A stretch of 64,000 nucleotides of DNA from Alphaproteobacteria bacterium (GTDB lineage Bacteria; Pseudomonadota; Alphaproteobacteria; SP197), in contig OZ245842.1 of the NCBI GenBank assembly GCA_965228895.1, positions 2,176,001-2,240,000 of the forward strand. The letters run 5' to 3'. Under the pieces are notes generated by a model. It had not been told where the DNA came from. It saw only the letters and a program-made list of their open reading frames with translations, and did not search any database. The position numbers and the translations under genes were made by a program. Numbering within the stretch: the first letter of the stretch is position 1; each line of letters begins with the position of its first letter. Below, piece after piece: positions 47,760-57,919 of the stretch.

Positions 47760-49100
47760 TCAGCTCCGTTGGTCGACAGGCACGTAGTCACGCCGCGCCG
47801 GGCCGGTATAGATCTGGCGCGGGCGCCCGATCTTCTGCGACGGATCCTCGATCATCTCGCTCCACTGGGCGATCCAGCCGACCGTCCGGGCGACCGCAAA
47901 AACGGCAGTGAACAGGCGCCTGGGGATGCCCATGGCACGCAGAATGATGCCCGAATAGAAATCGACATTAGGATAGAGATTGCGCTCGACGAAGTAGTCG
48001 TCCTGCAGAGCGATCTTTTCCAGTTCCAACGCGATCTTCAGCAGCGGCTCGTCGTGAACACCGAGCTCGTCGAGCACCTCGTGGCAGGTCTCGCGCATGA
48101 TCTTGGCGCGCGGGTCATAGTTCTTATAGACGCGGTGGCCGAAGCCCATCAGCCGGAACGGGTCATCCTTGTCCTTGGCCCGTTCGATGAATTCGGGGAT
48201 ACGATCGAAGCTATCGATTTCCTCGAGCATCTTCAGCACCGCCTCGTTGGCGCCGCCATGGGCGGGGCCCCACAGGCTCGCGACACCCGCCGCCGTACAG
48301 GCGAACGGATTGGCACCCGATGAGCCGGCCAGACGCACGGTCGAGGTCGAAGCGTTCTGCTCATGGTCGGCGTGCAGGATCAAGATCAGGTCCATCGCCT
48401 TGGCCAGGATCGGGTTGACCCTGTAGGGCTCGCACGGCACCGCAAACATCATATGCAGGAAGTTCTCGGCGTAGTTCAGGTCGTTGCGCGGATAGATGAA
48501 CGGTTGGCCAATCGAGAACTTGTAAGCCATGGCCGCGATCGTCGGCATCTTGGCGATCAGGCGATAGGACGCGACCATGCGCTGATAGGGATCCTCGATA
48601 TCGCTGCTGTCGTGATAGAACGCCGAGAGCGCGCCGACCACACCGACCATGACCGCCATGGGGTGCGCATCACGCCTGAATCCACGGAAGAACAGGTTGA
48701 CCTGTTCGTGCACCATGGTGTGGTAGGTTACGTCGTTGCTGAACTTCGCGCTCTGGGCCGCATCGGGCAATTCGCCATAGAGCAGGAGGTAGCAGACCTC
48801 CAGGAAATCCGCGTTCTCAGCCAATTGCTCGATCGGATAGCCGCGATACAGCAATTCACCCTTGTCGCCGTCAATAAAAGTGATGCGCGACTCGCAACTG
48901 GCGGTTGACGTGTAGCCGGGGTCGTACGTGAACATGCCGGTACCGCCATAGAGCGTCCGGATGTCGATTACATCGGGTCCGATCGTTCCCGACAGCACGG
49001 GCAGCTCAATCGGTTCTCCGTTGGATCCCACCTCGGAGAGCGTTACGGAATGTTTCTGCTCAGGACCATTTGGGGTCGCGCCAGCATCGGTCTGCGTCAT
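47760..49100 (-). CDS. gltA: Citrate synthase (type II)
   Basis: [43 protein letters not shown]; AAGGAG SD before ATG 49100. Confidence 0.99.
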   Translation of the reverse strand: MTQTDAGATPNGPEQKHSVTLSEVGSNGEPIELPVLSGTIGPDVIDIRTLYGGTGMFTYDPGYTSTASCESRITFIDGDKGELLYRGYPIEQLAENADFLEVCYLLLYGELPDAAQSAKFSNDVTYHTMVHEQVNLFFRGFRRDAHPMAVMVGVVGALSAFYHDSSDIEDPYQRMVASYRLIAKMPTIAAMAYKFSIGQPFIYPRNDLNYAENFLHMMFAVPCEPYRVNPILAKAMDLILILHADHEQNASTSTVRLAGSSGANPFACTAAGVASLWGPAHGGANEAVLKMLEEIDSFDRIPEFIERAKDKDDPFRLMGFGHRVYKNYDPRAKIMRETCHEVLDELGVHDEPLLKIALELEKIALQDDYFVERNLYPNVDFYSGIILRAMGIPRRLFTAVFAVARTVGWIAQWSEMIEDPSQKIGRPRQIYTGPARRDYVPVDQRS

Positions 49101-49173
49101 GCAACGCTCCTTTGTCGCGGCAGGATGTGGAAAGCCGAAGGGCCAACATGGCGCGGCCCTTCGTTCTCCCACC

Positions 49174-49202
49174 AATCTAGTCGTTATAGCCCACCGGGGC
49201 AA
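49174..49202 (-). promoter_or_regulatory. Candidate sigma70 promoter of gltA
   Basis: Minus strand TTGCCC-N17-TAGATT (an overlapping GCTATAAC -10 is also present). Confidence 0.5.
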
Positions 49203-49237
49203 ATATCAGGCGATGAATTTGCCGTCACGAAGCGCGG

Positions 49238-50638
49238 TCATGGCCATGCATCGCGCAGACGCGCCAGACACTCCTCGCGGCCAAAAATCGCCAAGACATC
49301 AAACACCGGCGGTGACACCGACCGGCCTGTTAGAGCAGCCCTTAGCGGCTGCGCTACTTTGCCCAGGCCCAGCTCGTTTTCCTCGGCAAACTGCCGCACC
49401 AGGGCCTCTAGATCGGTCGTCTGCCAGGAGGTCGTACCGGCCAATGCCTCGATCAGACCAGCCATCAAATCCGGGTCGGCCCCGGCCAAGGCCTTGGCGG
49501 CCTTCGGCTCGATCTCGATGGGGCGTGATTGGAAGAAAAAGAGCGCGTTATCAGCAAGTTCCACGAGGGTCTTCACGCGTTCTTGTAAGGACGGGACAAC
49601 CGCTACCAAACGTTCTTGCGCGGCGCTATCCAGACCGTGGCCCAAGCGCTGTTCGATCATCGGTTGGACAAGACCGGCGAGATGCTGCGGTTCAGACGCC
49701 TTGATGTAGTGAAGGTTGAGTGATGTCAGTTTGGCGAGATCAAAACGGGCCGGCGAACGGCCGATTCCGTCCAAGTCGAACCAAGCGACCGCTTGTTCGG
49801 TGGAAATGATCTCGTCATCGCCGTGTGACCAGCCAAGCCGCAACAAATAGTTGCATAGCGCCTCGGGTAGAAAACCCTCGTCACGGTAGGATTCGGCGCC
49901 CAGCGCGCCGTGGCGTTTGGAGAGTTTGGCGCCGTCCGGGCCATGGATCAGCGGCACATGGGCAAACTCCGGTACCGGCCAGTCCATGGCCTGATAGATC
50001 TGCGTCTGGCGCGCCGCGTTGGTCAGATGGTCGTCGCCGCGCACAATATGGGTGATGCCGCTGTCATGATCATCGACCACGACCGCGAGCATGTAGGTCG
50101 GCGTGCCGTTAGCACGCAACAGGACCATATCGTCGAGCTGCTGATTGGCGACGCGGACTTCGCCCTGGACGTGGTCGCGAATGACGGTTTCGCCGTCGCG
50201 CGGCGCTTTGAGCCTGACGACCGGGTCAACGCCGGCCGGTGCCTCGGCGGGATCGCGGTTCCGCCACCGCCCGTCGTAAATCGGTGGCCGACCCTCGGCG
50301 CGGGCCTTCTCTCGCATCTCGGTCAATTCTTCCGGGCTGGCGTAGCACAGATAGGCGTGACCAGCGTCCACCATCGCGCGCGCGACCTCGGTATGCCGTT
50401 CCCGACGGTGCGACTGGAAAATCGGCTCCTCGTCCCAATCGAGGCCGAGCCAGGACAAACTATCGAAAATTGCCGCAATGGCGGCTTCGGTCGAACGTTC
50501 ACGGTCGGTGTCTTCGATTCTGAGCAGGAACCGGCCGTTGTTGTGGCGGGCAAAAAGCCAGTTGAAGAGCGCCGTTCGGGCGCCGCCGATATGCAGAAAC
50601 CCGGTCGGCGAGGGGGCGAAACGTGTAACCACGGACAT
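49238..50638 (-). CDS. gltX: Glutamyl-tRNA synthetase
   Basis: [25 protein letters not shown]. Confidence 0.99.
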   Translation of the reverse strand: MSVVTRFAPSPTGFLHIGGARTALFNWLFARHNNGRFLLRIEDTDRERSTEAAIAAIFDSLSWLGLDWDEEPIFQSHRRERHTEVARAMVDAGHAYLCYASPEELTEMREKARAEGRPPIYDGRWRNRDPAEAPAGVDPVVRLKAPRDGETVIRDHVQGEVRVANQQLDDMVLLRANGTPTYMLAVVVDDHDSGITHIVRGDDHLTNAARQTQIYQAMDWPVPEFAHVPLIHGPDGAKLSKRHGALGAESYRDEGFLPEALCNYLLRLGWSHGDDEIISTEQAVAWFDLDGIGRSPARFDLAKLTSLNLHYIKASEPQHLAGLVQPMIEQRLGHGLDSAAQERLVAVVPSLQERVKTLVELADNALFFFQSRPIEIEPKAAKALAGADPDLMAGLIEALAGTTSWQTTDLEALVRQFAEENELGLGKVAQPLRAALTGRSVSPPVFDVLAIFGREECLARLRDAWP

Positions 50639-50756
50639 GGCGGATGACCTGTTGGGAGCGTTGGGGCGCCTGTGTAGCAATCCCCCGGCGAGAACCCAAG
50701 GCTCCAGAGGCCGCACAAGCCCTTCCTGCAGCCACGCCGTGCGCTAAGATGGCATC

Positions 50757-52868
50757 ATGCACGCGTTAGGGGGCCTTGGATCCCGGCTTGGCCGGTCGCT
50801 CGCCGGTGAACGGGATCGCTGGATTCTGTGGGCGCCGGTCGCCGTGCTGTCGGGCATTCTCGTCTATTTCTGGCTGCAGGCCGAACCGTGGCCCTGGCTT
50901 GGGCTCAGCGTCCTCGTCGTGGCTGCGGTCGCTTGTCTTGCCATCAAGGTCGGTGTCTTGAGGATGCTTGCCCTGGGCGTCGCTCTGGCGGCGTCAGGTT
51001 TCGCTGTGGCGCAACTCTCCACCCATCTAGTCATGGCACCGGTGCTGCTCGATGAGATCGGACCCAGGCCGGTGTCTGGTGTGATCGAAGCCGTGGAAAC
51101 CGGCAAGTCGGGGACCCGCATCGTTCTGTCGGCGGTCACGATTGCCGGATTGGACCCGGCGGCAACACCTGCGCGTGTGCGCATTGTTGTCAGGACCTAC
51201 GGCGACCAGCCGGTGCCGGGGCTGGGCGCCAGTATCCTGGCGGTTCTGAAGCCGCCTTCGCCGCCGACCTGGCCCGGCGGGTTCGATTTTGCGCGCCGGG
51301 CTTTCTTTCAGGGCATTGGCGGGATTGGTTATGCGGTCGGACCGCTGCGCCTGGAGGATACGAGCAGCAATACCGGTGGCTGGCGTATATGGGTCGAAGG
51401 CATCCGCCAAAACGTGACAGACCGCATCCTCGCCGCGCTGGAGCCGCCGACGGGCGCGGTCGCGGCGGCTTTGTTGACCGGTCAGCGCTACGCGGTGCCA
51501 GAAGCGACCTACGACACCATTCGCAGTGCCGGGCTGGCGCACCTCCTGGCGATCTCCGGCCTGCATCTGGGGTTGGTGGCGGCAGCACTTTTTGTCAGTT
51601 TTCGCGCTGTTGTGGCCCTGATTGAGCCTGTCGCGCTCCGGTATCCGATCAAGAAATGGGCGGCTGTTTTCGCGCTTGTCGGCACGTTCGGTTACCTGCT
51701 GTTGTCCGGCGCCACGGTGCCGACCCAGCGCGCCTTCATCATGACGGCCATCGTGCTTGGCGCGATCATGATCGAGCGCGATCCGTTCTCCATGCGGCTG
51801 GTAGCAGTCGCGGCGCTCGTCGTCATGGTGATCGCGCCTGTCAGTGTGCTTGGCCCAAGCTTCCAGCTTTCGTTCGCCGCCGTCATCGCCTTGATCGCGG
51901 TTTACGAGGCCATTCGCATGCGGTGGCCGGCTTGGCGAGCGCGCCGGTCGATGGCGGGCCGCTTCGCGCTCTATGTCGCCGGCCTCTCGATCACCACGGT
52001 TATTGCCAACCTGGCGACAGCCGGCTTTGTGCTCGCGCATTTCAATCGGTGGGCTGTCTATGGTCTGGCCGCCAACCTGATCGCCGTGCCGATCACCGCC
52101 TTCTGGGTCATGCCCTGGGGCCTCCTGGCGCTTGCCTTGATGCCGCTCGGGCTCGAACAGCTCGCCTTGATTCCCATGGGCTGGGGCATCGACGCGGTAT
52201 TGCTGGTCGCCGGCTGGACGTCCGAGACGCCGGGCTCCGTGCTACGTCTGCCGTCGCCGCCATCCTGGCTGCCGGTCCTCATCGGCTTTGCGCTTGTTTG
52301 GTTATGCCTTTGGCGTAGCCGTTTGCGGGTTTGGGGGTTCGTACCGGTCGTTCTCGTGATAGCCATCTGGTCGGCAGCGCGCGGTCCCGACCTCTTGATC
52401 AGCGATAACGCCAGACTGATGGCCGCCAGAGATAGCGGCGGCACACTCGTCTTGTCGTCCTACCGGCGCGAGAGGTTTGTCGGCGAACAATGGCTTGCCA
52501 TGGCCGGGCAGGACCGGGGTCCGCCCTGGCCTGTGGCCGGCGAGGTCCTGTCAGATGGCAGCCTGCGATGCGACCGCCAGGGCTGTCTCTATCATCCGCT
52601 GGGCGAGCAGGGACCAGTCGTTGGGCTCGTCGAGGATGGCGCCATTCTCGAGGAAGACTGCGCGCGCACCGACTTTGTGGTCAGCCTTGTGCCCGCTGGC
52701 GGGCGCTGTGCGCCACCCTTGGGCGTTATCGATCGTTTCGATCTATGGCGCAGCGGCACCCATGCACTGTGGTTCGCCGAGGATGGCGTCACCATCGAGA
52801 CCGTCGCCCAAGCGCAAGGCCAACGACCGTGGGCCCACTGGCCGGAAGCGCGCGAGGAAACTCAGTAG
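50757..52868 (+). CDS. comEC: ComEC/Rec2 family competence membrane protein
   Basis: DUF4131-like OB region, [18 protein letters not shown]; multi-TM; between gltX and lexA. Confidence 0.93.
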   Translation: MHALGGLGSRLGRSLAGERDRWILWAPVAVLSGILVYFWLQAEPWPWLGLSVLVVAAVACLAIKVGVLRMLALGVALAASGFAVAQLSTHLVMAPVLLDEIGPRPVSGVIEAVETGKSGTRIVLSAVTIAGLDPAATPARVRIVVRTYGDQPVPGLGASILAVLKPPSPPTWPGGFDFARRAFFQGIGGIGYAVGPLRLEDTSSNTGGWRIWVEGIRQNVTDRILAALEPPTGAVAAALLTGQRYAVPEATYDTIRSAGLAHLLAISGLHLGLVAAALFVSFRAVVALIEPVALRYPIKKWAAVFALVGTFGYLLLSGATVPTQRAFIMTAIVLGAIMIERDPFSMRLVAVAALVVMVIAPVSVLGPSFQLSFAAVIALIAVYEAIRMRWPAWRARRSMAGRFALYVAGLSITTVIANLATAGFVLAHFNRWAVYGLAANLIAVPITAFWVMPWGLLALALMPLGLEQLALIPMGWGIDAVLLVAGWTSETPGSVLRLPSPPSWLPVLIGFALVWLCLWRSRLRVWGFVPVVLVIAIWSAARGPDLLISDNARLMAARDSGGTLVLSSYRRERFVGEQWLAMAGQDRGPPWPVAGEVLSDGSLRCDRQGCLYHPLGEQGPVVGLVEDGAILEEDCARTDFVVSLVPAGGRCAPPLGVIDRFDLWRSGTHALWFAEDGVTIETVAQAQGQRPWAHWPEAREETQ

Positions 52869-53548
52869 GTGCGGACGAGCCCGACCAAACGCCCCTGTAC
52901 CTTGACTCGGTCGGGGCCGAAGATCCGGGTTTCATAGGCGTGGTTCGCCGGCTCTAGCGCAATTGAATCGCCCTTGCGGCGCAGCCGTTTGAGCGTCGCT
53001 TCGGCATCGTCGACCAGGGCGACGACGACGGTTCCGTTGTCGGCTGTCTCGCAGCGTTCGATGACCGCGATGTCGCCATCGAGAATGCCGGCTTCGACCA
53101 TCGAATCGCCTTCGATCTCAAGCGCGTAGCAGTCCCGGTTACCGACCAGGGAGCCGGGGATATCGACGCTGCGCGTGGGATCCGACAGCGCCTCGATCGG
53201 CGTACCGGCGGCAATCTTGCCGTGCAGCGGCAGATTGACGGCGCCTTCCAAGGCATGCGGCACCGTAAATTCCGGCGTCTTCGGTTTGGCGGACCCTTCG
53301 ATCACGCTCAACGAGGCGATGGCCTCTTCGTTGCCGGGCGGCAGCTTCAGAACTTCCAACGCTCGCGCACGATGGGGCAGGCGGCGGATGAAACCGCGCT
53401 CCTCCAAGGCCGTGATCAAACGGTGGATACCCGACTTGGATTTCAAGCCGACCGCGTCCTTCATCTCGTCAAACGACGGCGAGACACCGTCTTCGCCGAG
53501 CCTGCGGTTGATATAGAGAAGGAGTTCTTGCTGCTTGCGTGTCAACAT
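52862..53548 (-). CDS. lexA: SOS repressor LexA
   Basis: MLTRKQ wHTH, IAAG cleavage site, GDSM (Ser), ATLKR (Lys). Confidence 0.98.
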   Translation of the reverse strand: MLTRKQQELLLYINRRLGEDGVSPSFDEMKDAVGLKSKSGIHRLITALEERGFIRRLPHRARALEVLKLPPGNEEAIASLSVIEGSAKPKTPEFTVPHALEGAVNLPLHGKIAAGTPIEALSDPTRSVDIPGSLVGNRDCYALEIEGDSMVEAGILDGDIAVIERCETADNGTVVVALVDDAEATLKRLRRKGDSIALEPANHAYETRIFGPDRVKVQGRLVGLVRTY

Positions 53549-53572
53549 TGTGTCTGCGCCCCACAATATTTA

Positions 53573-53612
53573 GAACAAATACCTAACATACACACAGGTT
53601 CTAGTTTGGTTC
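53573..53612. promoter_or_regulatory. Two alphaproteobacterial SOS boxes upstream of lexA
   Basis: GTTC-TAGTTTG-GTTC at 53598-53612 (perfect GTTC-N7-GTTC) and GAAC-AAATACC-TAAC at 53573-53587 (one mismatch, opposite orientation). Confidence 0.85.
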
Positions 53613-53626
53613 GCGTTTTGTGTCAA
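53598..53626 (-). promoter_or_regulatory. sigma70 promoter of lexA overlapped by the SOS box
   Basis: Minus strand TTGACA-N17-TAGAAC. Confidence 0.75.
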
Positions 53627-53678
53627 GGCGCAAACATAGGTCCACCCAGGGAATCACGCAACGATTGTCGGTTTGTTC

Positions 53679-54872
53679 CTAGAGAAGGACGTAGCGAACG
53701 GGTTCGCCGGGCTCCGCCGCCGGGGCATGGGGCGGGCGCATGATCAGGCAATCGGACCCGGCGATCGTCGCCAGCATGGAGCTGTCCTGGACATCATAGG
53801 ACGTGACGATCCGGTGCCCGTTCTCGTCGCGCGACAGGCGTCCGCGCAGATAATCCTGACGCTCGTCGTTGGCGGCGAGCGGGGCGCCCAGCCGCGCCGT
53901 CTCGTAGGTTACCGTAGGATCGGTGACGCCCAGCATGGCGTCTATCGCCGGGCGCATGAAGAGCAGGCCGCAGACGATGGACGACACGGGATTGCCGGGG
54001 AAACCCAACATCGGCGTACCGTTAAGGTGGCCGAAGGTCAGCGGTTTGCCGGGGCGCATTGCGATCTTCCAGAAGTCGACGTCGAGGCCTTCGTCGCCCA
54101 AGACCTGACGCACCAAGTCACGTTCGCCAACCGACATGCCGCCGGTGACGACCAACAGATCGGCGTTGTCGGCGCCGGCCGCCATGCGTTTCAGTGACGT
54201 CTCGTTGTCGCGCGCTATGCCGAGGTTGATGGCTTCGCCACCTGCTTGGTCGATCATGGCCGCCAGCGCGATGGTGTTCGAGCTGACGATCTGATGATCG
54301 CCCGTCGGTTCCCCCGGCATGACAAGTTCGTCGCCGGTTCCCAGAATCGCGACACGCGGACGGCGTGTCACGGCGAGCCAGGGGATGTTCATCGACGCGA
54401 TCAAGGCGATGTGACGCGGTTCCAATCGTGTCCCGGCCGCCGGACCGTTGTCGCCTTCGTTGAAGTCGAGACCGCGCCGGCGCACGTAACGGCCACGCGC
54501 CACCGGTTCGTTGATCGTGACGTCGCTGTCCTTCGCGTCGGTCAATTCCTGGATGACGATGGTGTCGGCGCCCTGTGGCAATGGACCGCCCGTGAAGATG
54601 CGTACGGCCTCGCCAGCCTTGAGTTCCGCGCCATAGGCGCCACCGGCGGGCGCCATGCCGACGACCTTCAGAACGGCCGGTGCAGTTTCGACATCGCTGC
54701 CATTGACGGCATAACCATCCATGGCGGAGACGTCGGTCGGCGGTTTGGTCAGTCGCGCAACAGTGTCTTCGGCGAGCACACGTCCGTGCGCCTCACTGAT
54801 GGCAACCTGTTCGCCGGGTAAAACTTGAAACGCGGCGAGGATGCGCGCCAACGCCTCGTCGACCGGTATCAT
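53679..54872 (-). CDS. moeA: Molybdopterin molybdotransferase
   Basis: [34 protein letters not shown]. Confidence 0.97.
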   Translation of the reverse strand: MIPVDEALARILAAFQVLPGEQVAISEAHGRVLAEDTVARLTKPPTDVSAMDGYAVNGSDVETAPAVLKVVGMAPAGGAYGAELKAGEAVRIFTGGPLPQGADTIVIQELTDAKDSDVTINEPVARGRYVRRRGLDFNEGDNGPAAGTRLEPRHIALIASMNIPWLAVTRRPRVAILGTGDELVMPGEPTGDHQIVSSNTIALAAMIDQAGGEAINLGIARDNETSLKRMAAGADNADLLVVTGGMSVGERDLVRQVLGDEGLDVDFWKIAMRPGKPLTFGHLNGTPMLGFPGNPVSSIVCGLLFMRPAIDAMLGVTDPTVTYETARLGAPLAANDERQDYLRGRLSRDENGHRIVTSYDVQDSSMLATIAGSDCLIMRPPHAPAAEPGEPVRYVLL

Positions 54873-55351
54873 GCGGGTCGCGTAAACGTGCCGGACTTGC
54901 CGCCCGACTTGTGAGAAAGCCTGATGTCGCTGATCGTCATCGCGCGGTCGACAGCTTTAACCATGTCGTAGACCGTTAGCGCGGCAACAGACACGGCGGT
55001 CAGTGCTTCCATCTCAACGCCGGTACGCCCGGCCAGCTTGCATGTCGCTTGAATGTCGACGGTGTTGTCGTCGCGGTTGGGCGTCAAGTCGACCGTGACC
55101 GAGCTCAACGACAGCGGATGGCACAAGGGGATCAAGTCCGCCGTCTTCTTCGCCGCCATGATCCCCGCCAAACGCGCGACGGCGAGCACATCGCCTTTCT
55201 TGACGTCGCCGGAAACGATGAGCTCCAGTGTCGACGGCAACATGTGCACGCGCCCTTCGGCGACCGCGACACGTTCGGTCTCCGCCTTGCCCGAGACATC
55301 GACCATCTGCGCGCGGCCTTCAGCGTCGAAATGGGTGAGCTTGTCTGTCAT
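54869..55351 (-). CDS. moaC: Cyclic pyranopterin monophosphate synthase MoaC
   Basis: [34 protein letters not shown]. Confidence 0.98.
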   Translation of the reverse strand: MTDKLTHFDAEGRAQMVDVSGKAETERVAVAEGRVHMLPSTLELIVSGDVKKGDVLAVARLAGIMAAKKTADLIPLCHPLSLSSVTVDLTPNRDDNTVDIQATCKLAGRTGVEMEALTAVSVAALTVYDMVKAVDRAMTISDIRLSHKSGGKSGTFTRPA

Positions 55352-55352
55352 G

Positions 55353-56165
55353 TCACGCGGTCTCGCGTTGTGCGGCCCTGTCGCCGAGCAGGGTGGCGGT
55401 TGCGGCGGCGACGTCATTCTGGCGCATCAGATGTTCGCCGACCAGGAAGCGGCGCGCGCCGCATTGTGCCATGCGCACGAGGTCGTCGTGCCGCTTGAGC
55501 CCGCTCTCACAAACGATGTCCCAGTCATCGGGAACACGAGGCGCCAGGTCCTCAGTTGTGGCGAGGTCGACATTGAGCGTCTTGAGGTTGCGATTGTTGA
55601 TACCCAACAGGCCGGGCCCCAGGTCGAGCGCGCGGTCAAGCTCGTCGCCGTCATGCACCTCGATCAGAACGTCCAAATCCCACTGCTGTGCGGTCGCGTA
55701 GAGCTCTCGGGCCTGACCGTCGTCAAGCGCCGCCATGATCAGCAGAATGCAGTCGGCATGGATAGCTCGGGCTTCAACAATTTGATAAGGATCCAACATG
55801 AAGTCCTTGCGAAGACACGGTAAACCGCTCGCCGACTTCGCCATCCGCACATAGCTGTCATCGCCTTTGAAAAACGGCTGATCGGTCAGGACGGAAAGAC
55901 AGGAAGCCCCGCCGTCGCGGTACGCCATGGCCAGGGCGGCGGGGTCGAAATCGGGCCGGATCTCGCCGGCACTCGGCGAGGCGCGTTTGATTTCGGCGAT
56001 CAGCGCCAAACCGTTGCTCGCTTTGGCAGCGAGGGCCGCGGCAAAACCTAGAGGAGGGGCCACCTCCCGCGCCGCCGCTTCGACGTCGCCAAGCGGCTTT
56101 AGCGCCTTGCAGCGCGCGATATGCTCGAGCTTTTCGCCGCAGATTTTTTGAAGAACGTCCGACAT
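55353..56165 (-). CDS. trpC: Indole-3-glycerol phosphate synthase
   Basis: [33 protein letters not shown]. Confidence 0.98.
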   Translation of the reverse strand: MSDVLQKICGEKLEHIARCKALKPLGDVEAAAREVAPPLGFAAALAAKASNGLALIAEIKRASPSAGEIRPDFDPAALAMAYRDGGASCLSVLTDQPFFKGDDSYVRMAKSASGLPCLRKDFMLDPYQIVEARAIHADCILLIMAALDDGQARELYATAQQWDLDVLIEVHDGDELDRALDLGPGLLGINNRNLKTLNVDLATTEDLAPRVPDDWDIVCESGLKRHDDLVRMAQCGARRFLVGEHLMRQNDVAAATATLLGDRAAQRETA

Positions 56166-56175
56166 TGCCGCCGCC

Positions 56176-57207
56176 TCAGCCGCTACCGGACGTGATCATG
56201 ACAAGGCGATCGAGACTGGCGCGCGCAGCGCCGCTGTCGATCGCATCGGCTGCGATGGCGACACCGTCGCGCAGCGTGCTGCTTTTGCCGGCGACAATCA
56301 GTGCCCCCGCCGCATTGAGCAGCACCGTATCCCGGTAGGCGCTCATCTTACCGTCCAGGAGGTCGCGCATCGCCGCTGCATTCTCTTCAGGTGTGCCGCC
56401 CTTGATCGCGTCCAGCGTGGCCTCGCCGAGGCCCGCGTCGCCGGGCGACACCTCCATCATTGTGACCTCACCATTTTCAAGCGAGGCGACCGTGTTGGCG
56501 CCGCCCAGGGTCAACTCGTCGCAGCCGTCGGCGCTGTGCACCACCCAGGCCCGTTCGGCGCCCAGGTCACCCAGGACCCGGGCCAGCGGCTCGACCCAAC
56601 GGCCATCGAAAACACCGATGAAAAACAGTTTAACTTCTGCTGGATTCGATAATGGTCCTAATAGGTTAAAGACGGTTCTTACACCCATTTCTACGCGCGC
56701 AGGCATGACGTGGCGCATGGCGCTGTGATGGCGCGAGGCAATCATGAAGCCGATGCCGGCCTCGTCGATGGCCTGTTGCACGACGTCGTAGTCGGCTTCC
56801 AGATCGACGCCGAGCACCGACAACACGTCCGCCGCGCCTGACTTCGATGAAGCCGCCCGGTTGCCGTGTTTGGCGACGGTCAGGCCGCAGCCGGCGACCA
56901 CCAAGGCGGTCGCGGTCGAGATGTTGAGCGTGTGCTTGGCATCGCCGCCGGTGCCGACGATGTCGATGGCGCCTTCCGGCGCTTTCATGCGGCGCATGTT
57001 GGCGCGCATGGCCTTGGCGCCGCCGGCGATCTCTTCGACGGTTTCGCCGCGCATGGCGAGCGCCATCAAGAACCCGCCGGTTTGGGCGTGGCTCGCTTCG
57101 CCGGCCATGATGATGGCAAACGCGCGGTCTGCCTCATCGGCCGACAGGGCCTGACCCGCGGCGACCTTGGCGATCAGCGGCTTGAGGTCCTGGGACGCCT
57201 CGCTCAT
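56176..57207 (-). CDS. trpD: Anthranilate phosphoribosyltransferase
   Basis: GTGGD, NIST, KHGNR, RTVFNLLGPLSNPA, DE. Confidence 0.98.
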   Translation of the reverse strand: MSEASQDLKPLIAKVAAGQALSADEADRAFAIIMAGEASHAQTGGFLMALAMRGETVEEIAGGAKAMRANMRRMKAPEGAIDIVGTGGDAKHTLNISTATALVVAGCGLTVAKHGNRAASSKSGAADVLSVLGVDLEADYDVVQQAIDEAGIGFMIASRHHSAMRHVMPARVEMGVRTVFNLLGPLSNPAEVKLFFIGVFDGRWVEPLARVLGDLGAERAWVVHSADGCDELTLGGANTVASLENGEVTMMEVSPGDAGLGEATLDAIKGGTPEENAAAMRDLLDGKMSAYRDTVLLNAAGALIVAGKSSTLRDGVAIAADAIDSGAARASLDRLVMITSGSG

Positions 57208-57791
57208 GCGGCCTTGGCCTTCTTGGGCAGCATATCCAGGAAGTTCTTCAGGATTGCATGGCCATGCTCGGATTCGATGCTTTCGGGATGGAACTGAACG
57301 CCGTGCAGCGCCAGGGTTTTATGGCGAATGCCCATGATCACGCCGTCAGCCGTTTTGGCGGTCACTTCCAGGCAGTCGGGGATCGAGTCCGGTGCGATGG
57401 TGAGCGAGTGATAGCGGGTTGCCCTCAGCGGTGAGGGCAGGCCGGCGAACACGCCCCTGGCGTCATGCTCGATATCCGACAGTTTGCCGTGCATGGGCGC
57501 CGGTGCTCGCTCAATACGTCCGCCAAACACCTGCCCGATCGCCTGGTGGCCCAGGCACACGCCAAAAATCGGCGTTTCTCCGCCGATCCGTTCGATCATC
57601 TCGAGGCAGATTCCCGCGCGATCAGGGTCGCAAGGGCCGGGCGAAATCACGATGGCTTCCGGCGCCATGGCGACGACGTCGTCAACGCTAACCTGATCGT
57701 TGCGGTGGACGACAACATCGGCACCCAGCTCGCCCAGATAGTGCCAGAGATTATAGGTAAAGCTGTCGTAGTTATCGATCAGCAGCAACAT
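57204..57791 (-). CDS. trpG: Anthranilate synthase component II (glutamine amidotransferase)
   Basis: IDNYDSFTYN, SPGP, GVCLGHQ, QFHPES. Confidence 0.97.
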   Translation of the reverse strand: MLLLIDNYDSFTYNLWHYLGELGADVVVHRNDQVSVDDVVAMAPEAIVISPGPCDPDRAGICLEMIERIGGETPIFGVCLGHQAIGQVFGGRIERAPAPMHGKLSDIEHDARGVFAGLPSPLRATRYHSLTIAPDSIPDCLEVTAKTADGVIMGIRHKTLALHGVQFHPESIESEHGHAILKNFLDMLPKKAKAA

Positions 57792-57832
57792 GATGTGTTC
57801 CCTTGTTTTCCGGTATGCCTCCGGGCTGGCGC

Positions 57833-57861
57833 AGCATAACCAAGGCGTCCACAGGGAACAA
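57833..57861 (-). promoter_or_regulatory. Candidate sigma70 promoter of trpGDC-moaC-moeA
   Basis: Minus strand TTGTTC-N17-TATGCT. Confidence 0.5.
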
Positions 57862-57919
57862 CAGCACCCACTACATAGTGGGTTGAAAAAACGCCGACAC
57901 TCCAGGACTATGATTTTCC

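Noticed and set aside
56628-56671. Integron attC-like ends GTTTAAC ... GTTAAAG in trpD
   Set aside because: Only 44 bp, shorter than known attC sites; last base does not fit GTTRRRY; lies inside an intact CDS; no integrase or cassette array.
56642-56671. Chromosomal dif site
   Set aside because: Requires an 8-bp rather than 6-bp spacer and has several mismatches in both arms; kept only as one hypothesis for the AT-rich patch, not called as a feature.
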